A DNA stretch of 64,000 nucleotides from an uncultured delta proteobacterium (GTDB lineage: Bacteria; Desulfobacterota; Desulfobacteria; Desulfobacterales; Desulfatirhabdiaceae), in assembly GCA_963789395.1 (NCBI GenBank), contig CAWBKP010000011.1:254901-318900 (forward strand), in the 5' to 3' direction. Every line of letters starts with the position of its first letter. The first letter of the stretch is position 1. A model generated the notes under the pieces. The model was not told the origin of the DNA and did no database searches. It saw only the letters and a program-made list of their open reading frames with translations. Made by a program: the position numbers and the translations under genes. Shown piece by piece: positions 1 through 11,255 of this stretch.

Positions 1-228
1 ATCCTTGCTCCCTGGCCCGAAAATCGCCTCCAGAGCTTTGATGTCCTTTGATTTCAAAGCCTCGACCAAAGCCTTGACCGCTTCTTCCGGGGAAGCAAAC
101 GTTCGCTGCTTTACGGTCTTCGCATGGGATGCACCGCAGATCAATAATGAAATAAATGCGGCGGCCATAAGGAGCACTCCGCAACGACTCAACGTTGATT
201 TTCTTTCTGTCCTATTGATATGTAACAC
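1..228 (-). CDS. DUF2950 family exported protein (N-terminal part; runs off the window)
   Basis: Manual minus-strand translation VLHIN...GASHAKTVKQRTFASPEEAVKALVEALKSKDIKALEAIFGPGSKD; signal peptide; GGAGG RBS at ~240-244; directly downstream of DUF3300, its usual partner. GTG start at 228 or 231. Confidence 0.75.
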   Translation of the reverse strand, partial: MLHINRTERKSTLSRCGVLLMAAAFISLLICGASHAKTVKQRTFASPEEAVKALVEALKSKDIKALEAIFGPGSKD

Positions 229-293
229 CACGGCTTTTTCCTCCGTTCCAAAGTGATGAACTCGTAACAGGTAGTAGTGTGATTCCGGGCCGG

Positions 294-1659
294 TTATCTG
301 CCGCGTCCACCGCCACCTCTACCGCCGCCGCCACCGCCCCGGCTTGCACCGCCACCGCCGCCGCCAAAGCTTGCACCGCCACTTCCGCGGCTGAAGCCGC
401 TGCCGCTCCCGCCGCCTCTGGAGGAAGACATGCTTTGATTTCCCCGGCTGCTGAATTCCTTTGCCTGGCTGCCGCGATCACTACTTCCGAAGGCGCTTTT
501 ACCCGTCTGCTGCTGGCCGCCGGCACGATTTCCGGAGGCGCCTCTGTCCATCTGCTGCTGGCCTCCGGTCCGATCGCCACGGCCGCCGGCGTCTGTTCGC
601 TGCTGCGCCCCCCGGTCGGTCGAACCTGCATCCCGGCGACCCTGGGAATCCTGACGCCCGCCCGCTGTTTGGCCACGGTATGCGTCCGCACTGCCACGGC
701 CTCCGTCCTGCCTTCCTGCATCGGTGCGGCCACGGTAAGCCTCCCGGGACTGTGCATTCCCGGATGCCCGCCCTGTTGTATTTATTTGCCGTCCCCTGGT
801 CCCTGTAGGATACGCCTTTTCGGTGCTCGGGGTTGTGCTGCCACTGACCCTGGCCCCCCTGGCCTCTCGATATATTGTTCTGATAGTTGCTTCGGTTGAT
901 GTTTCTATTGAGGTTCGCGTTCTGGTTGATATTGACATTGACATCACCGCCTCTCCAGTTGCAGTTTCCCCACGCATAGCCCCAGGCCGCCCCGACGGCA
1001 ACACCTACGCCGAAGGAAAACAGCGCCGCGCCGGCCGTGTACCCGGGAGGATAATAAGTGTAGGGAGGATAGGCCGGATACGCCCAGACGCCATAAACCA
1101 CCGTCGGATTATAGGCCGGCACATAGACGACCTGCGGGTTTGCGGGCTGGATGATGATTGTCTGCGTTTCTTTCTCCACAACGACCGTCTGCTGCTCGGT
1201 GGTCTTCAGGTTGCCCGCTGCCTGGGCTTTTAACCGAAGTTTCTGGACCGTGTCCATCACGTCCTTCTGCTGCGCCAGAAAGGCATCACCCATCTTCTGG
1301 GTCCAGTCCAGCCTCTCGTTCATCATGTCCAGAACCTGCGGAAAATTCACCAGGGACTTGACGCTCGGGTCCCAGTTCTCCTTTTCAAGGGCCGCTGTCA
1401 GGACATCCCCCTTGAGGTTCTTGTTCGTCTTGACCCAGCGCGCCGCCTGGACCACCTCAAGTGGATAGGTGGATGCCATGAAGATCTGAGCCAGAAGCGA
1501 GTCCGGGTAAAGCGCGATAGGCGCCAGCAGCTGATCCAGTTGTTCCTGACTAAAAGGCTTGTCCCCGCCGCCGCTCTGCGCCATGGCCCCCGGCGGGACG
1601 ACCAGCAGGATCGTCAGCAACACGGCCAATGCTTTTATAAATGGTATGTTATGCTTCAT
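294..1659 (-). CDS. DUF3300 domain exported protein with Gly/Arg-rich C-terminal tail (frameshift near 765)
   Basis: QLDQLLAPIALYPDSLLAQIFMASTYP, WDPSVKSL and VYVPAYNPTVVYG motifs in ORF 499..1716; tail continues in ORF 294..1004; ATG at 1659 with RBS. Confidence 0.88.
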
Positions 1660-1849
1660 GTCTCCCCTCTCTTTTCTGTACCAGGTCAGAACTTGCCCCT
1701 GCGTGCTGTGAATCAACTGATTTGAAGAGTCCCCGTCAATACAATTATCAATGCCGACACATCCCTTATAACGTGGCGGACTGGTTTCTCAGCGTACCGG
1801 AAGGGTTAAACGCTGCCCGGCGCATTACTCACATTCGCTCTACATGTCT

Positions 1850-1878
1850 GGGATACCACCTGCCCTATATGCTGTCAA
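1850..1878 (-). promoter_or_regulatory. putative sigma70 promoter of the DUF3300-DUF2950 operon
   Basis: Minus strand TTGACA-17 nt-TATCCC with a TGn extension. Confidence 0.4.
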
Positions 1879-2074
1879 GGACATTTAAGAGACGATTCAA
1901 GAGGGTTTTGTTCCCGCATCTCCGGCCGGCTTCCGGAAAAGCATGGCTGAAAGCAGTCGATTCAAAGCCCATGCATTTTTCATTTACATCCAATAACGTT
2001 TATTGATATATGATGTGACAGAGATTGGGTAAATATGGAAAAACTTCTACAACTACAAGAAAAGGAAGGCAATC

Positions 2075-2638
2075 ATGAAAACAGATAGATACCTAAAAGT
2101 ACTGTCAATGACGCTTTGTACCGCCGTTGCATTGGCTTTTTTTGCGGTTGATGCGTCAGCCGTGACCAAGGCCGAAGTTAACGCCGGTGTCAAGGCCGCC
2201 ACGAACCGGTTCCTGAAGGATGTCAAGGGCGGGCCCCAATACTACAAGGCGGCAAAAGCGGCTCTGATCATGCCGAATATCACCAAGGCCGGTTTGATCG
2301 TCGGCGGCCAGTACGGTACCGGTGCACTTAAAGTCGGCGGCAAAACCATCGGCTACTACAATCTTGCCGGAGCATCCCTCGGACTGATGGCCGGCGCCCA
2401 GAAATATGACATGATCATTCTGTTCTATACCGATGCGGCACTCAAGAAATTCACTTCCAGCGATGGCTGGGAGGCCGGTGTGGATGCGGAAGTGGCATTG
2501 ATAGATGTGGGTGCGGAAGGTTCTGTGGAGACACTTCGCAGCCAGTCTCCGGTAATCGGTTTTGTTTTCGATCAAAAGGGTTTGATGGGCGGGGTTTCCA
2601 TCAAAGGGGCAAAATTTACAAAGACCCAGCTGAAGTGA
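2075..2638 (+). CDS. Ysc84/SYLF lipid-binding domain exported protein (paralogue 1)
   Basis: Signal peptide; KAGLIVGGQYGTGAL, GLMAGAQ, GWEAGVD and QKGLMGGVSIKGAKFT motifs. Confidence 0.85.
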   Translation: MKTDRYLKVLSMTLCTAVALAFFAVDASAVTKAEVNAGVKAATNRFLKDVKGGPQYYKAAKAALIMPNITKAGLIVGGQYGTGALKVGGKTIGYYNLAGASLGLMAGAQKYDMIILFYTDAALKKFTSSDGWEAGVDAEVALIDVGAEGSVETLRSQSPVIGFVFDQKGLMGGVSIKGAKFTKTQLK

Positions 2639-2697
2639 TGTGAAGACAAGAACAGGATGCACTGTACTGTTCAGCTTAAGACAAGGAGAAAGATCTG

Positions 2698-5037
2698 ATG
2701 CCAAGGATTAACTGCTTGCAGTATCGACAGATCGCCCAGATAAGTTTCTGGATGTTCGTCGCCAGCTCAATTCTGTTCTGTTTTACCACAGTGTCCGCCG
2801 CCAAAACCAAAGCCGCCGCACCGCAAACACCATCCATTGAAACGATTCACCCCGAATCCATGAACGACATCAACAAGCTGCTCTCCCGACTCAGCGATGA
2901 CCAGGTGCGGGAGATCCTGATCCAGCAGCTGGCAAAAAGTCTGCCATCGGCTCGCCCGTCCTCCCAAGTGCCCGGGATGTCCGGAATGATGCATGAGATT
3001 GAATCGTTCTCCGTCCTGCTGGAGCGGCGGATCTTGGAACTGGGACATTATCTGCCCCGGTTTTTTCCCGATATGGCGCAAACCTTCGAGACTGGTTTCG
3101 AAGGGGCGGGGCTAACGGACCTGCTTCTGATGTGTCTCGGACTGGTGGTGATCATCGGCCTGGCTCTTGCTGTAGAGCGTTTTTGCCGGCGGTTCAGTGC
3201 CGGCATTCGGGATCGTTTCGATGCGGCGCCGGAAATGCAGGGCTGGCTTCGCTTCAGTGCCGCCATCGTGAGAATTCTGGTGGAATTTTTGGGTATTCTA
3301 ATCTTTTCCCTGATCAGCGGGCTACTATTTGCACTGATCCCTTTTTCCCGGAATGTCGGATGGCGGCCTTTGTTCATCGCCGTGATGCTGGTCATCGTAT
3401 TGATCCGCATGATAATCCTTCTGTCCCGCCTGATCTGGTCTCCCGATGCCGCTCGGTTCCGCCTGGTTCCGGTGTCGGACGAAACCGCCGCCCTCCTTCA
3501 TCGGAATTTGACCCGGCTGGCCGCTTATTTGGTTGTAATTAATGTGCTTTTGCTGTTTCTTCAGAAACTGCAAGCCTCACAGGAGGGCATTTTTTTCATC
3601 CTTCTGGTGCTTTCCATGCCGTTTGTGTGGATGATTCAGCGCTTTCTCTGGAATATCCGAACGACTGTGGCGAACCACATGCGGGAAACGGGTAGGGGGC
3701 CATCCGGCAACATTTCCTGGTTCCGGAATCTGATGGCATCCCACTGGCACCTGCTGGTGATGGGGTATACCATCATTTTATGGCTCCTGGCGGTCGGACG
3801 GTTTGCGTTGTATCGGTCCGCAGCATGATCAGGCTTTTCTAATCAGTTTTTTGATTATTCCGCTGTATCTGATATTCGGTGCGGGCTGGCAAATGGCTGA
3901 TCACGGAGACACTGGGGACGATCCGCAAGACAGAAGCGGGAGAGAATACCCGGTATTTTGTGATCGCCATGCGGCTGGTCCGTATTGTCATCATTTTAAC
4001 GCTGGCATTCTGGCTCCTGAATATCTGGGGAATTGATCTGCCGATTATCCAGGAGGTGATGCATGCGTCCTTCAGCATCCTGGTAACCCTGGTCCTGGCC
4101 CATCTGATATGGGGGCAGGTCAACCGGTACATTCAACAGAAACTGGACGTCCCTGGCGCCTCCGCCTTCTGAAAAAAAAGAGGATCATGACGACGAATTC
4201 AGTGGAATCATTCTGGACCGCAGCTTCACCCTGCTTCCCATGCTCCGGAAATTCTTGGGAACGGTTCTGGTCGTCATGGTAGCACTGATCGTTCTCTCCA
4301 GTCTGGGCATCAATATCGGGCCGCTCATGGCCGGTGCCGGCGTTGTGGGGTTGGCGCTCGGCTTCGGGGCCCAGAAACTGGTGGCGGACGTGCTGTCCGG
4401 CATCTTCTACCTGGTGGACGATGCCTTCCGGGTGGGGGAGTACATTCAGGCAAGCAGCGTATCGGGGACGGTGGAAGGCTTCACCCTGCGAAACATCATG
4501 ATGCGGCACCATCGCGGGGCACTGCAGATCGTGCCTTTCAGCAAACTGGGCGCCATCACCAACTACAACCGGGGCGGCATGGTGATGAAATTCAATCTGG
4601 AGCTGCCTTACGACACCGATGTTGATCAGGTGCGCAAAGTCATCAAAAAGGTGAACCAGAAGGTCATGGAAGACCCGGAACTGGGTCCGGACCTCCTCCA
4701 GCCGATCAAATCCCAGGGGATTAAGAAAGTAGCCGATTCCGTGATGAGCTTCCGGGTGAAATTTACGGCCAAACCTGGAAAGCAGTTCGTCATTCAGCGG
4801 AAGGCTTTCCAACTCATTACCGAGCAACTGGCCAAAAAGGGAATCCATTTCGCCCATCGCAAGGTGATCGTCGAGCTTCCCACTGTCCATGAGGATACAT
4901 CCGGCACCAACGTCCCTGAAGCTGCCCTGTCTCCGGAAGCCACCGAACACCTCAAGGCAGGGGCCGCGGCAGCCCTGACTCGAATTCTCGTCGAGGAAGA
5001 AGAGGAAGCTGCGGCGCTCGCCAAAAAGAAAAAATGA
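2698..5037 (+). CDS. large MscS-family mechanosensitive channel (several frameshifts between ~3810 and 4200)
   Basis: N-terminal signal and multi-TM region; C-terminal LMAGAGVVGLALGFGAQKLVADVLSG...DAFRVGEYI MscS core in ORF 4240..5037. Confidence 0.85.
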
Positions 5038-5137
5038 CCTCTGGTGGAATCATTTTGATATTATCATTGTGAATTTGGGCCAAGGAACGGAAACCGTGAA
5101 AATGCAACATAAACATAAACAGCACCGGAATGGCAGG

Positions 5138-5643
5138 ATGAAACACCCGCCGGAGCTCAGGCAACTCATCTTGAGCGTGGGGAGCATTATCCTGGCATTG
5201 GCCATCGTAGCTGTCCTGGCTGCCCGATGGCCCATTCACTGCATGCGGAGGCGCTGCCCGCGGCTGCGCAGATTGTTGAATCGATCGGGGAATCCTCCCC
5301 GCTATCTTTGCCGAAGCCAAAACTGACTGGCAGAAAGCTTCAAGGAAAATGGACGCGGCCGGACGGCGGATATATCCTTGATATCCGGAAAGTGCATGAC
5401 AGCGGAATGATGGACGCAGGGTATTTTAACCCGAAATCGATTCATGTGGCCAAAGCCGAAGCCACCCGCGTCGGCGGCATTCTGAGGGTGTTCATCGAAC
5501 TGCGCGACGTGAATTATCCCGGATCCACCTACACCCTGACGTATGACCCCGCAAGTGATCAACTGAAGGGGATTTATTTCCAGGCACTTCAGAAACAAAG
5601 CTATGAAGTCGTCTTTGTTAGGACGAAAAGGGGGAACACATGA
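5138..5643 (+). CDS. conserved hypothetical exported protein (frameshift near 5225; start uncertain)
   Basis: Hydrophobic leader in ORF 5069..5326 joins a GKWTRPDGGYILDI...ELRDVNYPGSTYTLTY domain in ORF 5227..5643. Confidence 0.6.
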
Positions 5644-5673
5644 TTCATTGCAAGACCATATTTTCAGGAGCAA

Positions 5674-6459
5674 ATGCGATCCGTATCGATTTCAAAGGCG
5701 AAATGCGGACTTGTGCTGATCGCTCTGGCGGCCGCGTTTATCCTGGCCCTGCCCGGTCCGCTCATGGCACGGGGTACGGACACGTCAGATCAATGGCAGT
5801 TCATGATAGAACCGTATATCTGGATGCCAAGCCTTAACGCTTCAACCACAACCGGCGCGGATATCGATATCAGTTTTAATGATATTATCGACAATCTGCA
5901 ATTTACGTACATGATGGTTGCAGGCGTTAAAAAAGGGAAGTGGTCGTTCCTGGTCGATACGCTCTATCTTGATCTCGAGGCGGATAAGGACGGCCGTATT
6001 CTTGCCTCGGACCGGATTATCAACACGCATACCGAAGTGAGCTTACAGTCATGGGTCGTTACGCCGGTCATCGGCTACAACGTTATTGATTGCAACGCCG
6101 GCAAACTCGATATCGTCGGCGGCGCCCGCTACATCTGGGTGAAACCGGAAATCCAGGTGAACACCAGCGCACCGCTCTCGAGAGACCCGAATTTTTCTGG
6201 TACCGGCGACAACTGGGACGGCATCTTGGGCTTAAAAGGGGAGGTTTCCTTATCCGAGCGGTGGTACCTGCCCCTGTATCTGGACATCGGCACGGGTGAA
6301 AGCCAGTTGACCTGGCAGGCGGCAGGCGGCATCGGTTACCGATTCAGCGCATGCGATGTGGTCGCCGGCTACCGGTATCTGAGGTGGAATTTCGATAGCG
6401 GTCCGCTGGATGATTTGTACATCAGCGGTCCCTACGCCGGTGTAAAATTCAAGTTCTAA
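5674..6459 (+). CDS. putative outer-membrane beta-barrel protein
   Basis: Signal peptide, alternating amphipathic strands, C-terminal GPYAGVKFKF (terminal Phe); AGGAG RBS. Confidence 0.75.
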   Translation: MRSVSISKAKCGLVLIALAAAFILALPGPLMARGTDTSDQWQFMIEPYIWMPSLNASTTTGADIDISFNDIIDNLQFTYMMVAGVKKGKWSFLVDTLYLDLEADKDGRILASDRIINTHTEVSLQSWVVTPVIGYNVIDCNAGKLDIVGGARYIWVKPEIQVNTSAPLSRDPNFSGTGDNWDGILGLKGEVSLSERWYLPLYLDIGTGESQLTWQAAGGIGYRFSACDVVAGYRYLRWNFDSGPLDDLYISGPYAGVKFKF

Positions 6460-6464
6460 TAGAG

Positions 6465-6616
6465 AAAATACGAAGCACGAAATTCTAAATTCGAAACAAA
6501 TTCAAAATTCCAATATCAAAACGGCGAATAATATCATCTCGAAATCTCCCAGTTAGGGCATTCAGATTTGATTTTTATTCCTTGTTTCGGATTTCGATAT
6601 TCGAATTTCGAATTTA
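6465..6616. repeat. family A intergenic inverted repeat (AT-rich, TTCGAAA heptamer-like arms), copy 1
   Basis: Left arm ...TTCGAAACAAATTCAAAATTCCAATATCAAAAC; right arm CCTTGTTTCGGATTTCGATATTCGAATTTCGAATTT; near-identical arms at 7275-7561. Confidence 0.8.
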
Positions 6617-6681
6617 TATTATTTTCCGTCTTTCCGTTCACTCACTATTAACTTATTTATGACACAAAAAAGGAGATTCTT

Positions 6682-7239
6682 ATGCGCACTAAAATTTGTT
6701 TGTCACGCGTAGCAATGATGATGGCAGTATTTTTCTCGGTTGTTTTTACCCAATCCGCCCTGGCGGTGGACGCTACCCAGTTGGACCGCGCCGGACAAAA
6801 GGCGCTGAATAGACTGTATGCCAAAAATCCCGTTGCCAAGGAGCTTTCCAAAGTCGCAAAAGGTGTTCTGGTTTTCCCGAGTGTCACGAAGGTGGGATTC
6901 ATCTTTGGCGGCCAATATGGAGAAGGCGTCCTTTTCGTAGAAGGGAAAACCGCCGGTTACTTCAATACTGTCACTGCTTCCTACGGATTGCAGGCGGGTG
7001 CTCAGAAATTCTCCTATGTCCTGTTTTTCATGGATGCGGATTCTCTTGCGTATCTCTTCAAAAGCGAAGGCTGGGAAATCGGCGTGGGCCCCAGCGTTGT
7101 CTTCGTTGACGAGGGATTGGCAAAATCGTTGTCAACCACAACCGCCCAGCAAGGGATTTATGCCTTCATCTACGGGCAGCAGGGGTTGATGGCGGGAGTG
7201 GGTATTCAAGGGTCTAAAATCAGCCGGATCAATCCCTGA
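6682..7239 (+). CDS. Ysc84/SYLF lipid-binding domain exported protein (paralogue 2)
   Basis: KGVLVFPSVTKVGFIFGGQYGEGVL, SYGLQAGAQ, GWEIGVGPS and QQGLMAGVGIQGSKI motifs. Confidence 0.88.
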   Translation: MRTKICLSRVAMMMAVFFSVVFTQSALAVDATQLDRAGQKALNRLYAKNPVAKELSKVAKGVLVFPSVTKVGFIFGGQYGEGVLFVEGKTAGYFNTVTASYGLQAGAQKFSYVLFFMDADSLAYLFKSEGWEIGVGPSVVFVDEGLAKSLSTTTAQQGIYAFIYGQQGLMAGVGIQGSKISRINP

Positions 7240-7274
7240 TGGACCGATTCCCTGAACGGAAAATCTGTTCAGGG

Positions 7275-7561
7275 AAAATACGAATATCGAAATCCGAAAC
7301 AAATTCAAAATTCCAATATCAAAACGCTCAAATATTTTCATCATAAAATCAGATAGTTTGAGCATTCAGATCCTCTTGCAAAAGTACTGCAGTTCGTCAC
7401 CCCGGTGAAAACCGGGGTGACGAACTCCTTTGAATTCGCTGGATACCGGCTTTTGCCGGTATGATGGGAAAGGCGCAATTTGAAGGGGTTTTTGATAGCG
7501 TCTCTTCAAATTTGAGTTTTTATTCCTTGTTTCGGATTTCGATATTCGAATTTCGAATTTA
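7275..7561. repeat. family A repeat copy 2, containing a nested family B REP/MITE (~7369-7504)
   Basis: Same arms as 6465-6616, interrupted by GTCACCCCGGTGAAAACCGGGGTGAC...GGATACCGGCTTTTGCCGGTATGA. Confidence 0.8.
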
Positions 7562-7579
7562 ATATTTTGGAGTTTCCTG

Positions 7580-8620
7580 ATGCCACAGTATCATTCCTTC
7601 GGAATACCCGGATACAGACGCCGGTCACCTGTCAAGACGCTTTTCCGAGTGCTCGGATGGATTCTGGCGGTTCTTGTCCTGACGGCCATTACCGGCTGGG
7701 AAACCCTGGCCGTTTACTATTCCAACCTGCCGGAAGGGCTCAGGATGCCCGGCGCCATCGGGATCGCGCTGTTTTCTCTTGGGACACTCGTACTGGTTCG
7801 CCCGGCAGGCAGATCCATCCTGATTTTTCTGTGCGGTTTTACGATGATCGTTATCATGTTTCTGATGATCCCGCCTTCCAACAACCGGGACTGGCAGCCG
7901 GATGTGGCTCGCCTTTCCTGGGCCGATATTGACGGCGACCGGATCACGGTGCACAACATCCGCAATTTCGACTACCGCAGCGAGACCGACTACACCCCCG
8001 CCTATTACGACAAGCAATTTTACCTGAGCAAGCTGCAGGGGGTGGATGTGATCGCCGTTTACTGGATGGGACCCGCCATCGCGCATGTGTTCCTGAGCTT
8101 CGACTTCACCGGTAACGATCACCTGGCTATTTCCATCGAGGCGCGCAAGACAAAAGGGCAAGGCTATTCGACGGTCAAGGGCTTTTTCCGCCAATACGAA
8201 CTCTACTACGTGGTGGCCGACGAGCGGGATGTCATCCGGCTGCGCACCAACTACCGTCATGATCCGCCGGAACAAGTATATGTTTATCGGGCACAAGGTT
8301 CTATCGAGAACGGCCGGCGGTTGTTCCTGGAGTATATGACCAAGATCAACTCGCTGAAGACCACCCCCGAATTTTACAATTCCCTGACCACAAACTGCAC
8401 CACCAACATCTGGCTGAATTCTCGGGTTAATCCGGATCATCTGCCGTTCAGCTGGAAGATTCTGCTCAGCGGCTATGTCCCGCAATACCTCTATGAAAAC
8501 GGGAGGCTGGATCGCAGTATCCCCTTTCCGGAACTCGAAAAACGCGCCCACATCAATGACCGGGCGCATGCAGCGGATAAGGCGGCGGATTTTTCGCAGC
8601 GCATCCGGGAAGGGCTTTAA
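7580..8620 (+). CDS. DUF4105 (Lnb-like) domain membrane protein
   Basis: Three N-terminal TMs, then HNIRNFDYRSETD, AHVFLSFDF, SIEARK and FYNSLTTNCTT (His/Cys). Confidence 0.85.
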   Translation: MPQYHSFGIPGYRRRSPVKTLFRVLGWILAVLVLTAITGWETLAVYYSNLPEGLRMPGAIGIALFSLGTLVLVRPAGRSILIFLCGFTMIVIMFLMIPPSNNRDWQPDVARLSWADIDGDRITVHNIRNFDYRSETDYTPAYYDKQFYLSKLQGVDVIAVYWMGPAIAHVFLSFDFTGNDHLAISIEARKTKGQGYSTVKGFFRQYELYYVVADERDVIRLRTNYRHDPPEQVYVYRAQGSIENGRRLFLEYMTKINSLKTTPEFYNSLTTNCTTNIWLNSRVNPDHLPFSWKILLSGYVPQYLYENGRLDRSIPFPELEKRAHINDRAHAADKAADFSQRIREGL

Positions 8621-10872
8621 ATGAGAATTCGATTAGCGTATGAATCCGTTATTGCCTTAACCGGGCTGATCCTGGCCGTTTTCCTTCTTGCCGCACCGCT
8701 GCCGTCCAGTGCCGACGAACCCGTTGGCACAGCAAGCAGTGTAAAACGGCCGAAAATCTGCCTCGTGCTGTCCGGCGGGGGCGCCCGCGGTGCGGCCCAT
8801 GTCGGCGTCATCAAGGTTCTGGAAGAGTATCGGGTGCCCATCCACTACATCGCCGGAAACAGCATGGGGGCGCTGGTCGGCGCTTCCTACGCGACGGGAA
8901 CGAGCGTAGCGGAAATGGAAGAAATCATCGCCGGTATATCCACCGAGCTTTTATTTAAAGAAAAGCCGCCGCGCAAGGAACTGGCCATGCGGCGCAAACA
9001 GGATGATTACTCCATTTTATTCGGCCCCGAATTCGGTGTCGGTGACGGAGAATTGAAGCTTCCCAAAGGCTTTGTGTCCGGTGTGCAGCTTGAAACCGTC
9101 CTGCGCAGGCTTTCCAAGGCCAAGGGCTACTATAATTTCGATGATCTGCCCATTCCATACCGCGCCGTGGCCACGGATCTGGTGACCGGCAAAGTCGTGG
9201 TTTTCAGCGAGGGCGAACTTGCCAACGTGATGCGCGCCAGCATGTCGGTCCCTGTAGCGGTTGCACCGGTGGAGATTTCCGGAAAATTACTGGTTGACGG
9301 CATGCTTACCCAGAATCTGCCGGTGGAAACCGGGCACATGTTGCATCCTGACATCATTATCGCGGTAAATGTCGGCACGCCGCTGTTGAAGCGCGACGAG
9401 TTGAACGGTATCCTCGGCGTGTCCGGACAGATGCTCAGCATTCTGACCGAGCAGAATGTCCAGACCTCGCTTGCATTGCTGAAACCCACCGACATCCTGA
9501 TCACGCCGGATCTGGGAGATTTTTCGACCGGCGACTTTGACAATCTGCCGCAGATCAGCCCGCTTGGCGAAGAGGCGGCGCGAAAGGTGGCCGACAGGCT
9601 CGCTCAGCTTTCCATCCCGGCCGAGGAATATGCCGCGCTTCGCCGGCAGCAACTGGTCGCTTCGGTGCCGGAACCGAAGCCGGTTGACGAGATCCGGTTC
9701 GAGAATCTGAAGCGCGTCAACCCGGTAACCGAGCAGGCGGTGATGGAGACCAAAGTCAATGAGCCGATCGATCAGGAGATACTCGACCGCGACATGCGCC
9801 GCCTTTACGGCACCGACGATTTCGAGCATGTGAACTACCGATTCCTGGAGGAGCCCGGCAAACGGGTGCTTGCAGTGGACGCGATAGAGAAATCCTGGGG
9901 TCCGGACTACCTGCGCTTCGGATTGGGGCTGAGCAGCGATTTTCAGGGCGATGCGTACTTCAACATTCTTGCCAGCTATCGCAAGACCTGGCTTAACTCG
10001 CTCGGGGCCGAGTGGCGCAACGATTTACAGATCGGCCGCACCTCCGTCCTACAGAACCGAGTTCTACCAGCCGCTCGATGACCGGGGCTATCTTCTTTGT
10101 CTCCCCGTATGCCTCGTACGAGAATTACGTGACGGACCTCTACCAGGGCAGCAATCGCATCGCAACCTATAATATAGACTCCTTTCTTGGCGGAATGGAT
10201 CTCGGCAGCCAGTTCACCCGGTATGGCGAGCTCAGGGTCGGTACGCAGTGGGGCGTGAAATCTCCGGAACTGTCTACCGGACCGCAAAGCCTGTCACCCG
10301 GAGTGAGCGATGTCGCGCAAGGGGCGTTCAGGACACGGCTCTTTCTCGATCAGCTCGACAGCGTTCACTTCCCCCGTTCGGGATGGCGCTTGGGATCCAA
10401 CGTGTATAACTCGAACACCGCAATCGGCGCCGACCAGGACTACACCAAGTGGGACGTTGACGGAACCTTCGTCCATTCATTCGGTTCCCATACGTTCAAC
10501 CTCGCTGTGAAAGCCGGCGGCAAAATCGGCTCCGATCCGTTGCCGAATTATGACCTGTTCCAGTGGGGGGGGTTTCTGCAGCAGTCGGGGTATGCCACCG
10601 GCCAGTTGGTGGGTGAGGATTTGAAATTCGCCCGGCTCATGTACTACCACCGGATTTTACAAGGAACCCTGCTCGAGGGGGTATACGGGGGCCTTTCGCT
10701 CGAGGTCGGCCAGGTCGGCAGTCCACTGGTGCCGGGAAGCCCGGACGGGGTGCTTGAATCCATGTGCTTCTTTCTGGGCGCTGACAGCCCGATCGGACCC
10801 GTCTATCTGGGTTACGGACGTTCGATGGATGCCGACAGCAGTTTCTATTTTTACCTCGGCAGACCTTTTTAA
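8621..10872 (+). CDS. patatin-like phospholipase with POTRA and BamA/TamA-like barrel (PlpD-like; frameshifts ~10050-10090)
   Basis: GGGARG, GNSMG (GxSxG) and DG motifs; POTRA-like middle region; barrel ending FYFYLGRPF in ORF 10012..10872. Confidence 0.88.
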
Positions 10873-10972
10873 TACCGGTTCTGTTTTGTGACAGTGTCTG
10901 AATGCAAACACTACATCCTTTTAAGATTCGAAATATAAAACGATGACAATAACCACCTTATTCTGACTTGTT

Positions 10973-11090
10973 ATCGTGAAAATATCTTCCCCCCTTTGAA
11001 AAAGGGGGGCCAGGGGGGATTTCAGTCACCCTGCAAAAAAATCCCCCTTAATCCCCCTTTTTCAAAGGGGGAGGTTATCATTTTCATGAT
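10973..11090. repeat. family C REP-like doublet (TCCCCCCTTTGAAAAAGGGGGG...AATCCCCC), copy 1
   Basis: Two opposed poly-C/poly-G hairpins bounded by ATCGTGAAAAT...ATTTTCATGAT; second copy at 26576-26685. Confidence 0.8.
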
Positions 11091-11177
11091 CGAGGCTGAG
11101 AGCCGTTTCGGTCATGGACGTTTTCGAAGCTGATAAATGTTCAACACGGAGTGTTTTCAAACTGTGGATTTCAGTCT

Positions 11178-11236
11178 TTTTGACATTGGAATTTTGAATT
11201 TGTTTCAGATTGCGGATTTCGATATTCGGATTTTTC
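11178..11236. repeat. family A repeat, single inverted arm
   Basis: TTTTGACATTGGAATTTTGAATTTGTTTC is close to the reverse complement of the left arm at ~6493-6521. Confidence 0.7.
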
Positions 11237-11255
11237 TATCAGGCCCAAGAGGAGT

